Shown: piece after piece, positions 11,117-21,191 of the stretch
Numbering within the stretch: the first letter of the stretch is position 1
Layout: every line of letters starts with the position of its first letter
NCBI GenBank assembly: GCA_963730185.1
Contig: CAVSQW010000015.1
Location: 32,001 to 96,000 of the forward strand
Origin: an uncultured Gemmatimonadales bacterium
GTDB taxonomy: Bacteria; Gemmatimonadota; Gemmatimonadetes; Gemmatimonadales; GWC2-71-9
Direction: 5' to 3'
Length of the DNA: 64,000 nt
Position numbers and translations under genes: made by a program
Notes under the pieces: model-generated
The model's database searches: none
The model's input: the letters and a program-made list of their open reading frames with translations, nothing else
What the model was told of the DNA's origin: nothing

Positions 11117-12053
11117 AGACGAGCTGATCGGCCCCGACCGGGCGACGCCCGACGACATCGAGGCGATCAACCGGGTCTTTTCCGACGCGTTCACCGAGCG
11201 CTATCACCGCGACGGGATGAACGGCGTCCGGGTGCCCCTCCTGAGCCCGGCCATCTGGCGCTTCGCGATCGCGACCGCGGCCGACGGCGCCCTGGTCTGG
11301 CGCGACCGGTCCAGCACGATCGCCGCCTTCAACATGGTCCACGTGTCGGGCGCCGAGGGGTGGATGGGACCGCTGGCGGTCCGGCCGGATTGCCAGGGGC
11401 GCGGCGTCGGACGAACGATCGTCACCGTCGGGTCGGCCCTGCTCCGGGAGCGGGGCTGCCGGGTCATCGGCCTCGAGACCATGCCCCGGACGATCGAGAA
11501 CATCGGATTCTACAGCACCCTCGGCTTCCGGCCGGGGTTCCTGACCATCTCGATGGTGAACGAGGCGATTCGCCGGGGCGATCGCCTCCCGCTCGCTTCG
11601 GAAAGCCGCTCGGTCGACTGGCTCGGCGCCTGCACCGGACTCACCACTCGCCTGGCGCCGGGGCTCGCCTTCCAACGCGAGATCGCCCTGACGTTGGAAC
11701 AGACCCTGGGTGACGTGTCGCTGGTCTGGCGGGACGGCGCGTTGGCGGGGTATGCCCTCTGGCATTCGGCGGCGCTGGCCGCGGGGCGCCCGGCCGACGA
11801 GCTCCGGGTCCTCAAGCTATCGGCCCTCGATCCGGCCGCGTTCCGGTCGTTGGTGGAGGGGCTGCTGACCGAGGCCCGGGCCCGGTCGCTCCGGCGGGTG
11901 GCGATTCGCTGCCAGACCGCGCATCGGGCGGCGTTCGCCGAGCTGCTGGCGCTCGGTTTCCGGGTTCACTGGACCGATCTCCGAATGACGCTGGAGGGAT
12001 TCGACGAAGCGCCGACGCCGGCGGGCGTCGTGTTTTCGAACTGGGAAATTTGA
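11103..12053 (+). CDS. GNAT family N-acetyltransferase (two-domain)
   Basis: LAVRPDCQGRGVGR acetyl-CoA motif, NIGFYSTLGF. Confidence 0.8.
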   Translation: MWRREDELIGPDRATPDDIEAINRVFSDAFTERYHRDGMNGVRVPLLSPAIWRFAIATAADGALVWRDRSSTIAAFNMVHVSGAEGWMGPLAVRPDCQGRGVGRTIVTVGSALLRERGCRVIGLETMPRTIENIGFYSTLGFRPGFLTISMVNEAIRRGDRLPLASESRSVDWLGACTGLTTRLAPGLAFQREIALTLEQTLGDVSLVWRDGALAGYALWHSAALAAGRPADELRVLKLSALDPAAFRSLVEGLLTEARARSLRRVAIRCQTAHRAAFAELLALGFRVHWTDLRMTLEGFDEAPTPAGVVFSNWEI

Positions 12054-12117
12054 GCTGCGCCGCGGGGTGAGCGTCGGTCCGTTCGACCGGACGCTCCGAG
12101 CGGCGCGGGGGTGACGC

Positions 12118-12270
12118 TCAACTCGGCTTCGGGACCCTGAGCGCGTACCAGCGGATCAGCAGCACCACCCCGATCGCCAGCAGCAGGTGCACGAGTCCGA
12201 CCCCCGTCGGCATCACGAAGGTCAAGAGAAACCACAAAGCAAGTGCAACGATCGCGCCAGCGAGAGTCAT
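12118..12270 (-). CDS. Small two-helix membrane protein (50 aa)
   Basis: MTLAGAIVALALWFLLTFVMPTGVGLVHLLLAIGVVLLIRWYALR; resembles lmo0937-like small membrane proteins. Confidence 0.55.
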   Translation of the reverse strand: MTLAGAIVALALWFLLTFVMPTGVGLVHLLLAIGVVLLIRWYALRVPKPS

Positions 12271-12293
12271 GGTTTCTCGGGGCAGAGAATGCG

Positions 12294-12323
12294 TTGACGG
12301 TACCGAGGGCCACGAGGTATTAT
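12294..12323 (+). promoter_or_regulatory. Sigma70-type promoter
   Basis: TTGACG (12294-12299), 18-nt spacer, TATTAT (12318-12323), just before the predicted RNA. Confidence 0.6.
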
Positions 12324-12326
12324 AGT

Positions 12327-12493
12327 GGGGTCGGCTGGTGGCCGGGAACCACGTTATTGAGCCAACAGGTCTGAAACTGGGCCCATATACCGTGGCCGAT
12401 GTCATGCCCCTCGGGGGAAGGCAGACGCCGTTGGTGAGGGTGCCAAGCATTATGTTTCGGGCTTCAATAAACCTCCCGGTACCATCCGACCTC
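12327..12493 (+). ncRNA. ssrS: Probable 6S RNA
   Basis: About 167 nt. The ends pair (GGGGTCGGCTGGTGGCCGGGA with TCCCGGTACCATCCGACCTC), an inner stem TTATTGAGCC/GGCTTCAATAA flanks a central bubble, and there is a promoter upstream and a terminator downstream. Confidence 0.62.
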
Positions 12494-12536
12494 GGGGCGC
12501 CGACCGACTTCGCGTCGGGTCGGCGCCTCGTCTTTT
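12494..12536 (+). terminator. Intrinsic terminator
   Basis: GGGGCGCCGACC...GGTCGGCGCCTC hairpin followed by GTCTTTT. Confidence 0.65.
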
Positions 12537-12557
12537 CGGGACCCTCGAGGAGCTGGT

Positions 12558-12977
12558 ATGCCGAGCTGCGTGGTGGCGCGTCGGGCTCACTTCAACGCGG
12601 CGCATCGTCTCCATAACTCCGACCGGTCCGACGACTGGAACCGCGCGACGTTCGGCCCCTGCAACAACCCCAACTACCACGGTCACAACTACGAGCTCGA
12701 GGTGCTGGTCGAGGGAACCATCGATCCCGAGACCGGCTATGTCATCGACGTGGGCGTCGTCAAGCGGATCGTCGACGAGGTCGTGGTGTCGGTCCTGGAT
12801 CACCGCAACCTGAATTTGGACGTGCCCTGGTTCCGCGACCGGTTGCCGTCGGCCGAGAACATCGCGGTGTTCTGCTGGGAGCAGGTCGCCCCCCGGCTGC
12901 CGCGCGGACGGCTCCACCTCATTCGTTTGTGGGAGACTCCGAGGAACTATGTCGAGTACCAAGGCCGGGAAGACTGA
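12558..12977 (+). CDS. 6-pyruvoyl-tetrahydropterin synthase (PTPS/QueD family)
   Basis: [38 protein letters not shown]; the CNN..HGHNY motif matches the mammalian-like PTPS type. Confidence 0.9.
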   Translation: MPSCVVARRAHFNAAHRLHNSDRSDDWNRATFGPCNNPNYHGHNYELEVLVEGTIDPETGYVIDVGVVKRIVDEVVVSVLDHRNLNLDVPWFRDRLPSAENIAVFCWEQVAPRLPRGRLHLIRLWETPRNYVEYQGRED

Positions 12978-13539
12978 CCTCCGCCCCCTGATCCATACCC
13001 TGCTGTCGGCGCTGGGCGAGGACCCCGAGCGGCCCGGGCTCAAGCGCACCCCGGAACGGGTGGAAAAGGCGATGCGCTTCCTGACCCGGGGCTACGAGAT
13101 GTCGGTGGCCGACGTGGTCGGGAGCGGGGTGTTCGAGGAGTCGCACCAGAACATGATTTTGGTGCGCGACGTGGAGCTCTACTCGATGTGCGAGCACCAC
13201 ATGCTGCCGTTCTTTGGCCGGGCGCACGTGGCCTACATCCCGAACGGCCGGATCATCGGGCTCTCGAAGATTCCCCGGATCGTCGACATGTTCGCCCGGC
13301 GGCTCCAGGTCCAGGAGCGTCTGACCGACCAGGTGGCCGACGCCGTGATGGAGGTGCTCGAGCCGCAAGGCGTGGGCGTGGTGGTCGAGGCGGTCCACCT
13401 CTGTATGATGATGCGCGGGGTCGAGAAGCAGAATTCGCGGACCGTTACCAGCGCGCTCCGGGGCGTGTTCCAGGAGGACCCTCGAACCCGCGACGAGTTC
13501 CTCCGCCTGGCGCACGGCGGTCGCGGGATCGAAATCTGA
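12949..13539 (+). CDS. folE: GTP cyclohydrolase I
   Basis: [50 protein letters not shown]. Confidence 0.96.
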   Translation: MSSTKAGKTDLRPLIHTLLSALGEDPERPGLKRTPERVEKAMRFLTRGYEMSVADVVGSGVFEESHQNMILVRDVELYSMCEHHMLPFFGRAHVAYIPNGRIIGLSKIPRIVDMFARRLQVQERLTDQVADAVMEVLEPQGVGVVVEAVHLCMMMRGVEKQNSRTVTSALRGVFQEDPRTRDEFLRLAHGGRGIEI

Positions 13540-14234
13540 TGGCGGATCGGCTGGCGGGCCGCCTGGCGGTCGTCACCGGGGCCTCGCGGGGCATCGGACG
13601 GGCGGTGGCCGACGCGCTCCATGCCGCCGGGGCCACGGTGGTCCGGATCGCCCGGAGCCTCGAGCCCGCCCAGGTAGACCGGCGGATCGATCTCCCGACC
13701 GACCTCACCGACGACGAGGCCCGGACCCGGACCATGGACGCGGTCCTCCGGATCGGCACGCCTGACCTGGTGGTGAACAACGCCGGGGCCTTCGAGTTGG
13801 CGCATTTCGAGGACCAGACCCTGGAGGGCCTCGACCGGCTCTACCGGGCCAACCTCCGGGCACCGTTCGCGGTGGCCAAGGCGCTGCTTCCGTCGATGCG
13901 CCGGGCCGGTGCCGGCCGTCACGTGTTGATCGGGAGCATTGCCGATTACCAGGCCTTCCCCGGCAACGCCGCCTACGCGGCCACCAAGTTCGGCGCCCGT
14001 GGTCTGCACCAGGTTCTCCGGGCCGAGCTTCGCGGCAGCGGCGTGCTCTGCACCCTGATCAGCCCCGGCCCGACCGACACACCGCTCTGGGATCCGTTCG
14101 ATCCCGACCGCCGCGACGACCTGATGTCGCGCCACCAGATGCTCCGCCCCGAGCACGTTGCCGGCGCGGTGCTCTGGGTGGCCACCCAAAGCCCCAAGGT
14201 GGAGGTGGACCTGATTCGCCTCGGCCCCGCCTAG
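13539..14234 (+). CDS. Short-chain dehydrogenase/reductase
   Basis: TGASRGIG, NNAG, YAATK; TGATG overlap with folE. Confidence 0.9.
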   Translation: MADRLAGRLAVVTGASRGIGRAVADALHAAGATVVRIARSLEPAQVDRRIDLPTDLTDDEARTRTMDAVLRIGTPDLVVNNAGAFELAHFEDQTLEGLDRLYRANLRAPFAVAKALLPSMRRAGAGRHVLIGSIADYQAFPGNAAYAATKFGARGLHQVLRAELRGSGVLCTLISPGPTDTPLWDPFDPDRRDDLMSRHQMLRPEHVAGAVLWVATQSPKVEVDLIRLGPA

Positions 14235-14269
14235 CCTCCACAAGGAGCCATCCAGCGTTCCCGACCCCT

Positions 14270-14335
14270 CCCACCCCGAGTCCCTACTCCCAACTCCCTC
14301 CCTACTCCCAACTCCCCATTCCCTAGTCCCTATCC
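14270..14335. repeat. C-rich (CTACTCCC-like) short repeat tract
   Basis: CCCTACTCCCAACTCCCTCCCTACTCCCAACTCCCC between convergent genes; same family as 5355-5522, 16740-16765 and 27875-27910. Confidence 0.6.
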
Positions 14336-15364
14336 TCATCGCAGGACGACATACGCCAACGCCGCCATCGACGCCGCCAGCGGGATCGTCAGCACCCACG
14401 CCCAGACGATCCGCCCTGCCACCGCCCACCGGACCGCCGACAGCCGCTGCGCGGCGCCCACCCCGACGATCGCCCCGGTGATGGTGTGGGTGGTGCTCAC
14501 CGGAATCCCGAAGAACGAGGCCAGGAAGATCGCCCCGGCGCCGCCGGTCTCCGCGCACACGCCGCCGAAGGGCCGGAGCTTGGTGATCCGGGTCCCCATC
14601 GTCTTGACGATCCGCCAGCCGCCCAAGGCCGTGCCCAGCGCGATGGCGGTGTAGGCGGCCATCTCCACCCAGATCGGCACGGTATCGGGCGAGGTGAGGT
14701 AGAGGTGGGAGAGCCACCCGGTCTGGTCGCGGAAGAGCCGGTTGGTCGCCACCAGCAGGCCGACGATGACTCCCATCGTCTTCTGGGCGTCGTTGGCGCC
14801 GTGACTGATCGAGAACGCGGCGGCCGACAACAGCTGGAGCCGACGGAATACCCGGTCCAGGAATGCCGCCTGCACCCGTCGGAGGGCCCAGGCCAGGGCG
14901 ACCGTGAGGGCCATCGCGGCGAACATCCCGATGATCGGGGAGAGAAAGATGAAGAGGATCGGCTTGACCCACCCGGCGGCGATCAAGGCTCCGATCCCGG
15001 CCTTTGCCACCGCGGCGCCGCCGAGCCCGCCCAGGAGCGCGTGCGACGACGACGACGGCAGGCCGAGCCACCAGGTGGCGAGGTTCCAGGCGATGGCCCC
15101 GAGCAGGGCGGCCAGGATGACGGTCGAATCCACGACGGTCGGATCGACCAGTCCCTTGCTGATCGTCCGGGCCACCGCGGTTCCGACCGTGAAGGCGGCC
15201 ACGAAGTTGAACCCGGCAGCCCAGATCACCGCCACGCTCGGCGAGAGCACCCGGGTGCCCACCACCGTCGCGATGGAGTTGGCGCTGTCGTGGAAACCGT
15301 TGATGAAGTCGAACGCCAGCGCCACCGCCACGATGGCGACGACGAGCGAGACGCTGTCGGTCAT
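14336..15364 (-). CDS. Inorganic phosphate transporter (PiT family)
   Basis: NGFHDSANSIAT and HGANDAQKTMG signature motifs, PVSTTH. Confidence 0.95.
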   Translation of the reverse strand: MTDSVSLVVAIVAVALAFDFINGFHDSANSIATVVGTRVLSPSVAVIWAAGFNFVAAFTVGTAVARTISKGLVDPTVVDSTVILAALLGAIAWNLATWWLGLPSSSSHALLGGLGGAAVAKAGIGALIAAGWVKPILFIFLSPIIGMFAAMALTVALAWALRRVQAAFLDRVFRRLQLLSAAAFSISHGANDAQKTMGVIVGLLVATNRLFRDQTGWLSHLYLTSPDTVPIWVEMAAYTAIALGTALGGWRIVKTMGTRITKLRPFGGVCAETGGAGAIFLASFFGIPVSTTHTITGAIVGVGAAQRLSAVRWAVAGRIVWAWVLTIPLAASMAALAYVVLR

Positions 15365-15981
15365 GAGTGCTTGATCGCGATCGATTCCAGCACGTTGGCG
15401 ACGTCCTCGGCCTGGTCGAGGGTCTTCTCCAGCGTGTCGTAGATCTCCTTCCACTTGATCAGGTTGGCGGGATTGGTCTCGGTGTCGAACAGCCGGCCCA
15501 GCCACTCGTGGTAAACCGCGTCGCCCTCCTCCTCCAGCCGCTTGATCTGGGTGCAGGCCGCGATCACCACCGGTGCCTTCCCCCTGCTCAGGACCCGAAC
15601 GGCCTCCAGGATCTGCTGGGTCGAGCGGATCACGACCTCGGCGATCAGGACGGCGCCCTGGGGTGCCTGGCCGGCCCGGAAGATGTGGATCCGGCGGGCG
15701 GTCCCGTCGATCCGGTCGATGATGTCGTCGAGCCGGGAAGCCAGCATGTGGATGTCTTCCCGGTCGAGCGGCGTGATGAAGCTTCGGTCGAGCCGGCTGA
15801 TCACCTCGTGGGTGATCTCGTCGGCCTCGTGCTCGAGGCGCTTGATGGCCTCGACCAGGTAGATCCGGCGATCGCCGTCGACCGCGATGAGCTCGTGCAG
15901 GTGGCGGGCCGCTTCGACGTTCAACGTCGCGACCGAGGTGAACAGGTCGAAGAACCGCTCGTCTCGGGGCAGGAGGCGCAC
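15361..15981 (-). CDS. DUF47 / PhoU-like Pit accessory protein
   Basis: EHEADEI, FITPLDREDI, LEEEGD, KWKEIY..LE. Confidence 0.92.
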   Translation of the reverse strand: MRLLPRDERFFDLFTSVATLNVEAARHLHELIAVDGDRRIYLVEAIKRLEHEADEITHEVISRLDRSFITPLDREDIHMLASRLDDIIDRIDGTARRIHIFRAGQAPQGAVLIAEVVIRSTQQILEAVRVLSRGKAPVVIAACTQIKRLEEEGDAVYHEWLGRLFDTETNPANLIKWKEIYDTLEKTLDQAEDVANVLESIAIKHS

Positions 15982-16129
15982 GGAGGGTCCTTGGGCTCGT
16001 GGGATCGCTGGAAGCCGGACCGAATCTGCCGCCGCGACTCATTGGTGACAAGTCCGTGACATCGAATCGGACCCGGGCCGGGCCGGGGATGGGCTCCGCC
16101 CCGCCTTGCCGGGTGACTAGCTTCCCGGG

Positions 16130-16714
16130 GTGTTCATCGAGCTGACGGACCACCTCCGCTGCGCCAACGACCATCCCGAGTCGTTCCTGGTCCTCCTCCC
16201 CGATCGGATGGAGGGGCGACGAGTCATCGCAGGGAGCCTCGGATGCCCCGTTTGCGCGAGTGTGGTCACTCTCACGGAGGGCGTTGCGACCTTCGGCGAG
16301 GCATCGCCGGCCGCCGGAGGGACGGCCCTGGCCCCGGCCGCGGCTCTCGCCCTGCTCGGCCTCGAGGGCCCGGGCGGATTCGTGGCGCTCCTGGGCGGAG
16401 CCACGACCCTCGCTCCGGGGCTGGGAGATCTGCTCCCCGGGGTTCACTTCCCGCTGGTGAACCCCTCGGCGGACGCGCAAGACTCGCTCCTATCGAGCGT
16501 TCTGCGCTCTCCCATCCTTCCAATCAAGCGGGCCAGCATGCGAGGCGTGGTCGTCGGCCCCGACCTGGCCGCCGAGCCGCGGTGGGTCGACAGAGCCCTG
16601 GAGGCAGCCCTCCCCGGCAACCGAATCGTCGGCGAAGGCCCCACGCCGACCCATCCCGATTTCGAGGTCCTAGCCGAAGCCGCCGGCATCTGGGTGGCAA
16701 AACGCCGGAAATAG
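16130..16714 (+). CDS. Hypothetical protein with Trm112-like N-terminus
   Basis: MFIELTDHLRC...GSLGCPVC...GVA pattern resembles Trm112-like zinc-ribbon N-termini. Confidence 0.55.
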   Translation: MFIELTDHLRCANDHPESFLVLLPDRMEGRRVIAGSLGCPVCASVVTLTEGVATFGEASPAAGGTALAPAAALALLGLEGPGGFVALLGGATTLAPGLGDLLPGVHFPLVNPSADAQDSLLSSVLRSPILPIKRASMRGVVVGPDLAAEPRWVDRALEAALPGNRIVGEGPTPTHPDFEVLAEAAGIWVAKRRK

Positions 16715-16760
16715 GAGTCGCCCGACGAACCGAGAGCCCCTACTCCCCACTCCCCACTCA

Positions 16761-17852
16761 CTACTTCCCGCCCGGAAGCCTGAGCGCCATGCCCGGCCGG
16801 AGACGATACCACCTGGGGATCGCGTTGGCCCGCCGGAGCGCCTCGGGGGTCAGCCCGTGCGCCTTGGCCAGACTCTCGACGGTGTCACCCTTGCCCACCC
16901 GGATCAGCTTGCCGAATCCCAGCCTGGGGGAACCCAATTCCGAGGCCGTGACCGGCGGCAGGCTGGCCAGCCGGCGGTCCAGCTCAGCGCCCAGGCCCGG
17001 CGGGACCCGGACCCACGAGGTGGAGGCGGGTGGGGTGACGCCGCGGACGTACTGGGGATTGAGCTTTTTCAGGCTGTCCCGGGGGAGTCCCAGGCTCCGG
17101 GCCGCGGCGCCGAGGCTCACGGGTCCCTTGACCGAGAGGGAGTCGAACTCGGGGCTCGAGAGGGGCGGCGGCGTGAAGCCGAAGCGCTCCGGGTCCCGGC
17201 CAATGGCCGCCGCGGCGATCAGCTGAGGCACGTAGTCCCGGGTCTCGGAGGCGAGCAGCTTCCGGTCGGCGAGAGTGAAGAAGTCCGCGTCCGAGCCGCC
17301 CGCCGAATCGCCGTCGGCAGGGTTGCCGTACAGCGTGGCCAGGCCCCGCGCCACCCGGCCCGCCCCGCCGTTATAGGCCGCCGCGGCGAGGAGCGGTGAG
17401 CCGAGGGTCCGGTTCAGATCGGCGATGTGCTTGACGGCCGCGTCGGTGGCCAGATACGGGTCACGCCGCTCGTCGACGTAGCGATTGATCGAGAGCCCCA
17501 TCCGCTTCGCGGTCTCGGGGATGAACTGCCACATTCCCACCGCGCCGGCCTTGCTTACCGCGGTGCTCGAATAGCCGCTTTCGATCAGGGGGAGAAACTC
17601 GAGCTCGCTCGGGAGGCCTTGGCTCTTGAGGCGGTCCCGAATCAGGCCCCGGTAGGCGCTGCCGCGATCCAGCCAGGCCGCCATCCGGTCCCGGGCGGGG
17701 CCGGTAAAGTACTCGATGAAGTGCGCCACCCGGGGATTGTGGAGCAAGCTGTCGATCGGGAGCGACGAGCCGAGCGCAGGGTCGGCGGACTGGGCGGCCA
17801 CGGGCGCCGCCACGAGCAGGGCCCCGAGGGCCCAGCGAATCGGGGTAGACAT
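16761..17852 (-). CDS. Lytic transglycosylase with LysM domain (MltD-like)
   Basis: Signal peptide, IESG, GAVGMWQF, AAYNGG, ETRDYVP, C-terminal GDTVESLAKAHG LysM. Confidence 0.9.
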   Translation of the reverse strand: MSTPIRWALGALLVAAPVAAQSADPALGSSLPIDSLLHNPRVAHFIEYFTGPARDRMAAWLDRGSAYRGLIRDRLKSQGLPSELEFLPLIESGYSSTAVSKAGAVGMWQFIPETAKRMGLSINRYVDERRDPYLATDAAVKHIADLNRTLGSPLLAAAAYNGGAGRVARGLATLYGNPADGDSAGGSDADFFTLADRKLLASETRDYVPQLIAAAAIGRDPERFGFTPPPLSSPEFDSLSVKGPVSLGAAARSLGLPRDSLKKLNPQYVRGVTPPASTSWVRVPPGLGAELDRRLASLPPVTASELGSPRLGFGKLIRVGKGDTVESLAKAHGLTPEALRRANAIPRWYRLRPGMALRLPGGK

Positions 17853-17988
17853 ACCCTGGGTGCCGGGCAGGTTCCGGACCACGGCCTCCAGAGTGGTAAC
17901 ATGTTGCCGATAAGGTGTTTACAGTGATGGCTTCCGGGCTTCTCTGGAACGACCGGCACCGATCTCCGGCCGAGATTGCCGGGTGGCC

Positions 17989-19812
17989 TCAGGCAGGGTC
18001 GCCGTGCTCCAGCTCGGCCCGCTGGAAGATGGCGTCGATTTGGTCGCGATAGTGGGCTTCGACGACTTTCCGCTTGACCGAGAGCTTGGGGGTGAGTTCG
18101 CCGGTCTCGATCGAGAACTCGCCGGGGATGACCAGGAAGCGCTTGGGCACCTCGTACCTTGCCAGGTCGCGGAGATGCTTTTTGGCCTCGGCCTCCATCA
18201 GCGTGGTGACTTGGGGCAGCTCCACCAGCTCCTCCCGCGAGCCGAAGCTCAGTCCCTGGCCGCGGGCCCAGGCTTCGAGACGCTGGAAGTCGGGAGCGAG
18301 CAGCATGATCGGGAACTTCCGCTTGTCGCCCAGCATCACGGCGTTCGCGATGAACGGGTTCTGGCGGAGCAGGTCCTCGATCGGTTGGGGGGCGATCTTC
18401 TTGCCGCCGGCGGTCGCGATCAGATCTTTCTTGCGATCCGTGATCTTGAGGTAGCCGTCGTCGTCGAACTCGCCGATGTCGCCGGTATGGAACCAGCCCT
18501 CGGGGTCGATCGCCTCGGCGGTGGCCTCGGGCTTGTTGAAGTAGCCCCGCATCACGTTCGGACCCCGGACCAGGATCTCGCCGTCCTCGGCGATCCGTAC
18601 CTCGACCGACGGGACTACGTGGCCGACGGTCCCCAGCCGGATCGCGTCGAGCGTGTTGACGCTGATCACGGGCGAGGTCTCGGTCAGTCCGTAGCCTTCG
18701 AGAATCGGGATTTGGGCGGCATAGAAGAACCGGGCGATGTCCGCGTTGAGGGGTGCGCCGCCCGAGATGAAGTACCGGAGCCGGCCACCGAGCGCGGCCC
18801 GGAGTTTCGAGTAGACCAGCCGGTCGGCGATCCGGTGCGAGAGCGAGAGCGAGAGTGGGATCGACTCGCCGCCCAGTCGGCGGCTGGTCCACTGATCGCC
18901 CACCCGCTTGGCCCAGAGGAACACCCGGCGAGACAGCGCCGAGCGGTGCACTGCGGTCTCGAGCGCCCGGGCATACATCTTCTCGTAGAGTCGGGGTACC
19001 GCGGCGACCACGGTGGGCTGCACGGTCATCAGGTCCTGCGGCACCGTGTCGATGCCCCGGGCGTAATTGATGACCACACCCATCTCCAGCATGCTGTAGT
19101 GTCCGACCATCCGCTCGAAGATGTGGGAGAGCGGCAGGAACGAGAGGCACTCGTCGCGGGTGGAGATGGGGAGCACGGCGCATCCGGCCCGGACGTTGGA
19201 CGCGATGTTGCCGTGGGTCAGCATCACGCCTTTCGGCTCGCCGGTGGTCCCCGAGGTATAGATGATGGTCGCCAGGTCGTCGGGCCGGCCGGCGAGGGCG
19301 TTGGCCCGCCAATCCGGGTGGCGCGACGCCGCGGTGCGGCCGCGGGCCTCGAGCACCTCGATCGGGATCACGTCGTCGCCGGTCAGGTCGGCGTCGAACC
19401 CGATGATCCAGCGGAGGGCCGGCAGGTCGGCCCGGATCTCGAGGATCTTGTCGAGCTGGGCCTGGGTGGAGACGCAGACCGCCTTCGCGCCCGAGTCGTT
19501 CAGGAGGTACCCGATCTGATGCGGCACCAGGGTGGGGTAGATCGGAACGTCCACCGCCCGGGCGGTGAGGCAGGCGTAGTCGATCACGGCCCATTCCGGC
19601 CGGTTCTCCGAGAGGATCGCCACCCGATCGCCGGCCGCAACGCCCAGGTCCAGCAGTCCCATGCTGGCCGACCGGACCCGCTCGTGCAGGACCCGATAAC
19701 TGATCGGCACCCAGGTGTCGCCCGGCCGGTGGCGCATGGCGACCGGATTGGCGCCGTACCGCTCCTGCGCGCCGAAATAGAGCTCGTTGAGGGTGCGGGG
19801 CTCTTGCTTCAT
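17989..19812 (-). CDS. Long-chain fatty acid--CoA ligase
   Basis: YTSGTTGEPKG, EGYGLTE, TGDIG, ITDRKKD, ELTPKLSVKR. Confidence 0.92.
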   Translation of the reverse strand: MKQEPRTLNELYFGAQERYGANPVAMRHRPGDTWVPISYRVLHERVRSASMGLLDLGVAAGDRVAILSENRPEWAVIDYACLTARAVDVPIYPTLVPHQIGYLLNDSGAKAVCVSTQAQLDKILEIRADLPALRWIIGFDADLTGDDVIPIEVLEARGRTAASRHPDWRANALAGRPDDLATIIYTSGTTGEPKGVMLTHGNIASNVRAGCAVLPISTRDECLSFLPLSHIFERMVGHYSMLEMGVVINYARGIDTVPQDLMTVQPTVVAAVPRLYEKMYARALETAVHRSALSRRVFLWAKRVGDQWTSRRLGGESIPLSLSLSHRIADRLVYSKLRAALGGRLRYFISGGAPLNADIARFFYAAQIPILEGYGLTETSPVISVNTLDAIRLGTVGHVVPSVEVRIAEDGEILVRGPNVMRGYFNKPEATAEAIDPEGWFHTGDIGEFDDDGYLKITDRKKDLIATAGGKKIAPQPIEDLLRQNPFIANAVMLGDKRKFPIMLLAPDFQRLEAWARGQGLSFGSREELVELPQVTTLMEAEAKKHLRDLARYEVPKRFLVIPGEFSIETGELTPKLSVKRKVVEAHYRDQIDAIFQRAELEHGDPA

Positions 19813-20522
19813 GGCTGGTGCAGGAACCGGATGACGAACTGGACGCCCGAACCGGGGATCGGCTGGCCGTTGGCGCGGTAGGCGGTGGCCTCGACCACGA
19901 CCCGGTCGGGGGGCGTCTGGCCCGTCGCCGCCCTGACGGTCATCGGCGTCGTTGGGGCGCCGGTGGCTGCGGTCAGGACCGAGTCGCGGGTCTTGGTGGT
20001 GCGGAGCACGACCGTGGGGGTCGTGCTCTGGACGGGGTCGACGATCTGGAACCCGATCGGTCGGCCGGCCACTCCGGTCGCCGCGGTGGTGTCGATCAGC
20101 GCCACCTCGAGGGCGACGCTGGTGGCGGTGTCGGTCGCGACCTCGATCGAGTCCGGGCCCACCAGGCGAAGCGAGTCGGCCCGGGCGGTCAGGGTGAACT
20201 TGAGGCTGTCCGACGGCGTCAGCAGGGTATCTTTTCCGAAGAGGCCGACCTGAACCCGACCGATGCCGCTGCCGAGGAGTGGCGTCACCAGACCGGCGGG
20301 GTCGACGGTGATGGTGGTGTCGGGGGTGAGCCAGACCAGCGAGGCGCCGACGCTGTCGCCGGCCGCGTTGCGGGCCACGGCGTGCAGCTGGACGGTTTCA
20401 CCCAACTCGAGGTAGAAATTGGCGGGCAGCCGGACCTCGAGCGACGCCACCCCGTCCTGGTTGTTCGCGAAGGAGCTGCAGGCCAGCGCGAAGCAGAGCA
20501 GCGCCGGCCACGCGCGGATCAC
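19809..20522 (-). CDS. Putative lipoprotein with Ig-like domains
   Basis: Lipobox-like FALAC; LGETVQLHAVARNAAGD...W...VDPAGLVT resembles a Big_2 domain. The GTG start overlaps the upstream stop. Confidence 0.6.
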   Translation of the reverse strand: MIRAWPALLCFALACSSFANNQDGVASLEVRLPANFYLELGETVQLHAVARNAAGDSVGASLVWLTPDTTITVDPAGLVTPLLGSGIGRVQVGLFGKDTLLTPSDSLKFTLTARADSLRLVGPDSIEVATDTATSVALEVALIDTTAATGVAGRPIGFQIVDPVQSTTPTVVLRTTKTRDSVLTAATGAPTTPMTVRAATGQTPPDRVVVEATAYRANGQPIPGSGVQFVIRFLHQP

Positions 20523-20971
20523 GCCGTGCCGGCGATCGATTCCGCGGGCGCGTCGTCCATCTGTCGAAGGGTATGCTCGGCGTGCTGTATCCACCGGTCG
20601 GCGTCCGGTCCGCGGGGTGGTCGCGCCAGGAACGCTCGGAGGTGCTCGGCGGCCTGATCGGGGTCCCCGCGCTTGAGCAGCAGGAACGCGAGACCATAAT
20701 GCGCGCCCGACAGCGCAGAGTCCAGTTCGAGGGCACGCCGGTAGTGCCGAATCGCCTCGTCGGGTTGGCCGGTCCGGGTGAACGCGATGGCCATGTTCTG
20801 GAGAATGCGCGGATCGGCGGGGTCTTCCCGGAGCGCGAGCCGGTAGGACGTGATCGCGGCGGTGAAGTCACCCTGCCGCTCGAGCGCGAGCGCTTCGTTG
20901 AGATAGTCGAGGCGCTGGGGTCGAGAGGCGGGCTTGCCCAGCTTGTCGAGGACGTCTCGAATGAAGCTCAT
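20519..20971 (-). CDS. Tetratricopeptide repeat protein
   Basis: Repeated TPR helices (GDFTAAITSYRLAL, GQPDEAIRHYRRALELD, AHYGLA). Confidence 0.85.
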   Translation of the reverse strand: MSFIRDVLDKLGKPASRPQRLDYLNEALALERQGDFTAAITSYRLALREDPADPRILQNMAIAFTRTGQPDEAIRHYRRALELDSALSGAHYGLAFLLLKRGDPDQAAEHLRAFLARPPRGPDADRWIQHAEHTLRQMDDAPAESIAGTA

Positions 20972-21191
20972 CGGACGGGTCGCGTCTCCACTCTGGAAGG
21001 AAGGCGACATCGGGGTGCTGATGCGCCGCTGCCACAAAGCTAAGAAAGTTGTTCAGGCCGTGCAATACAACTCCTTGTCCCACCGGCACAACGGCCATGA
21101 CCTTGCGGCCGACTTTCGGACCGGCTGAGGCAGGCCTATTGTTATGCAGGGACCGGCCGATCCGGTCCCCAAACCGTGAAGGATGGCCCCC

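Noticed and set aside
17894..17908. Near-palindrome GGTAACATGTTGCC upstream of the lytic transglycosylase
   Set aside because: Single short imperfect site with no recognisable regulator; insufficient support.
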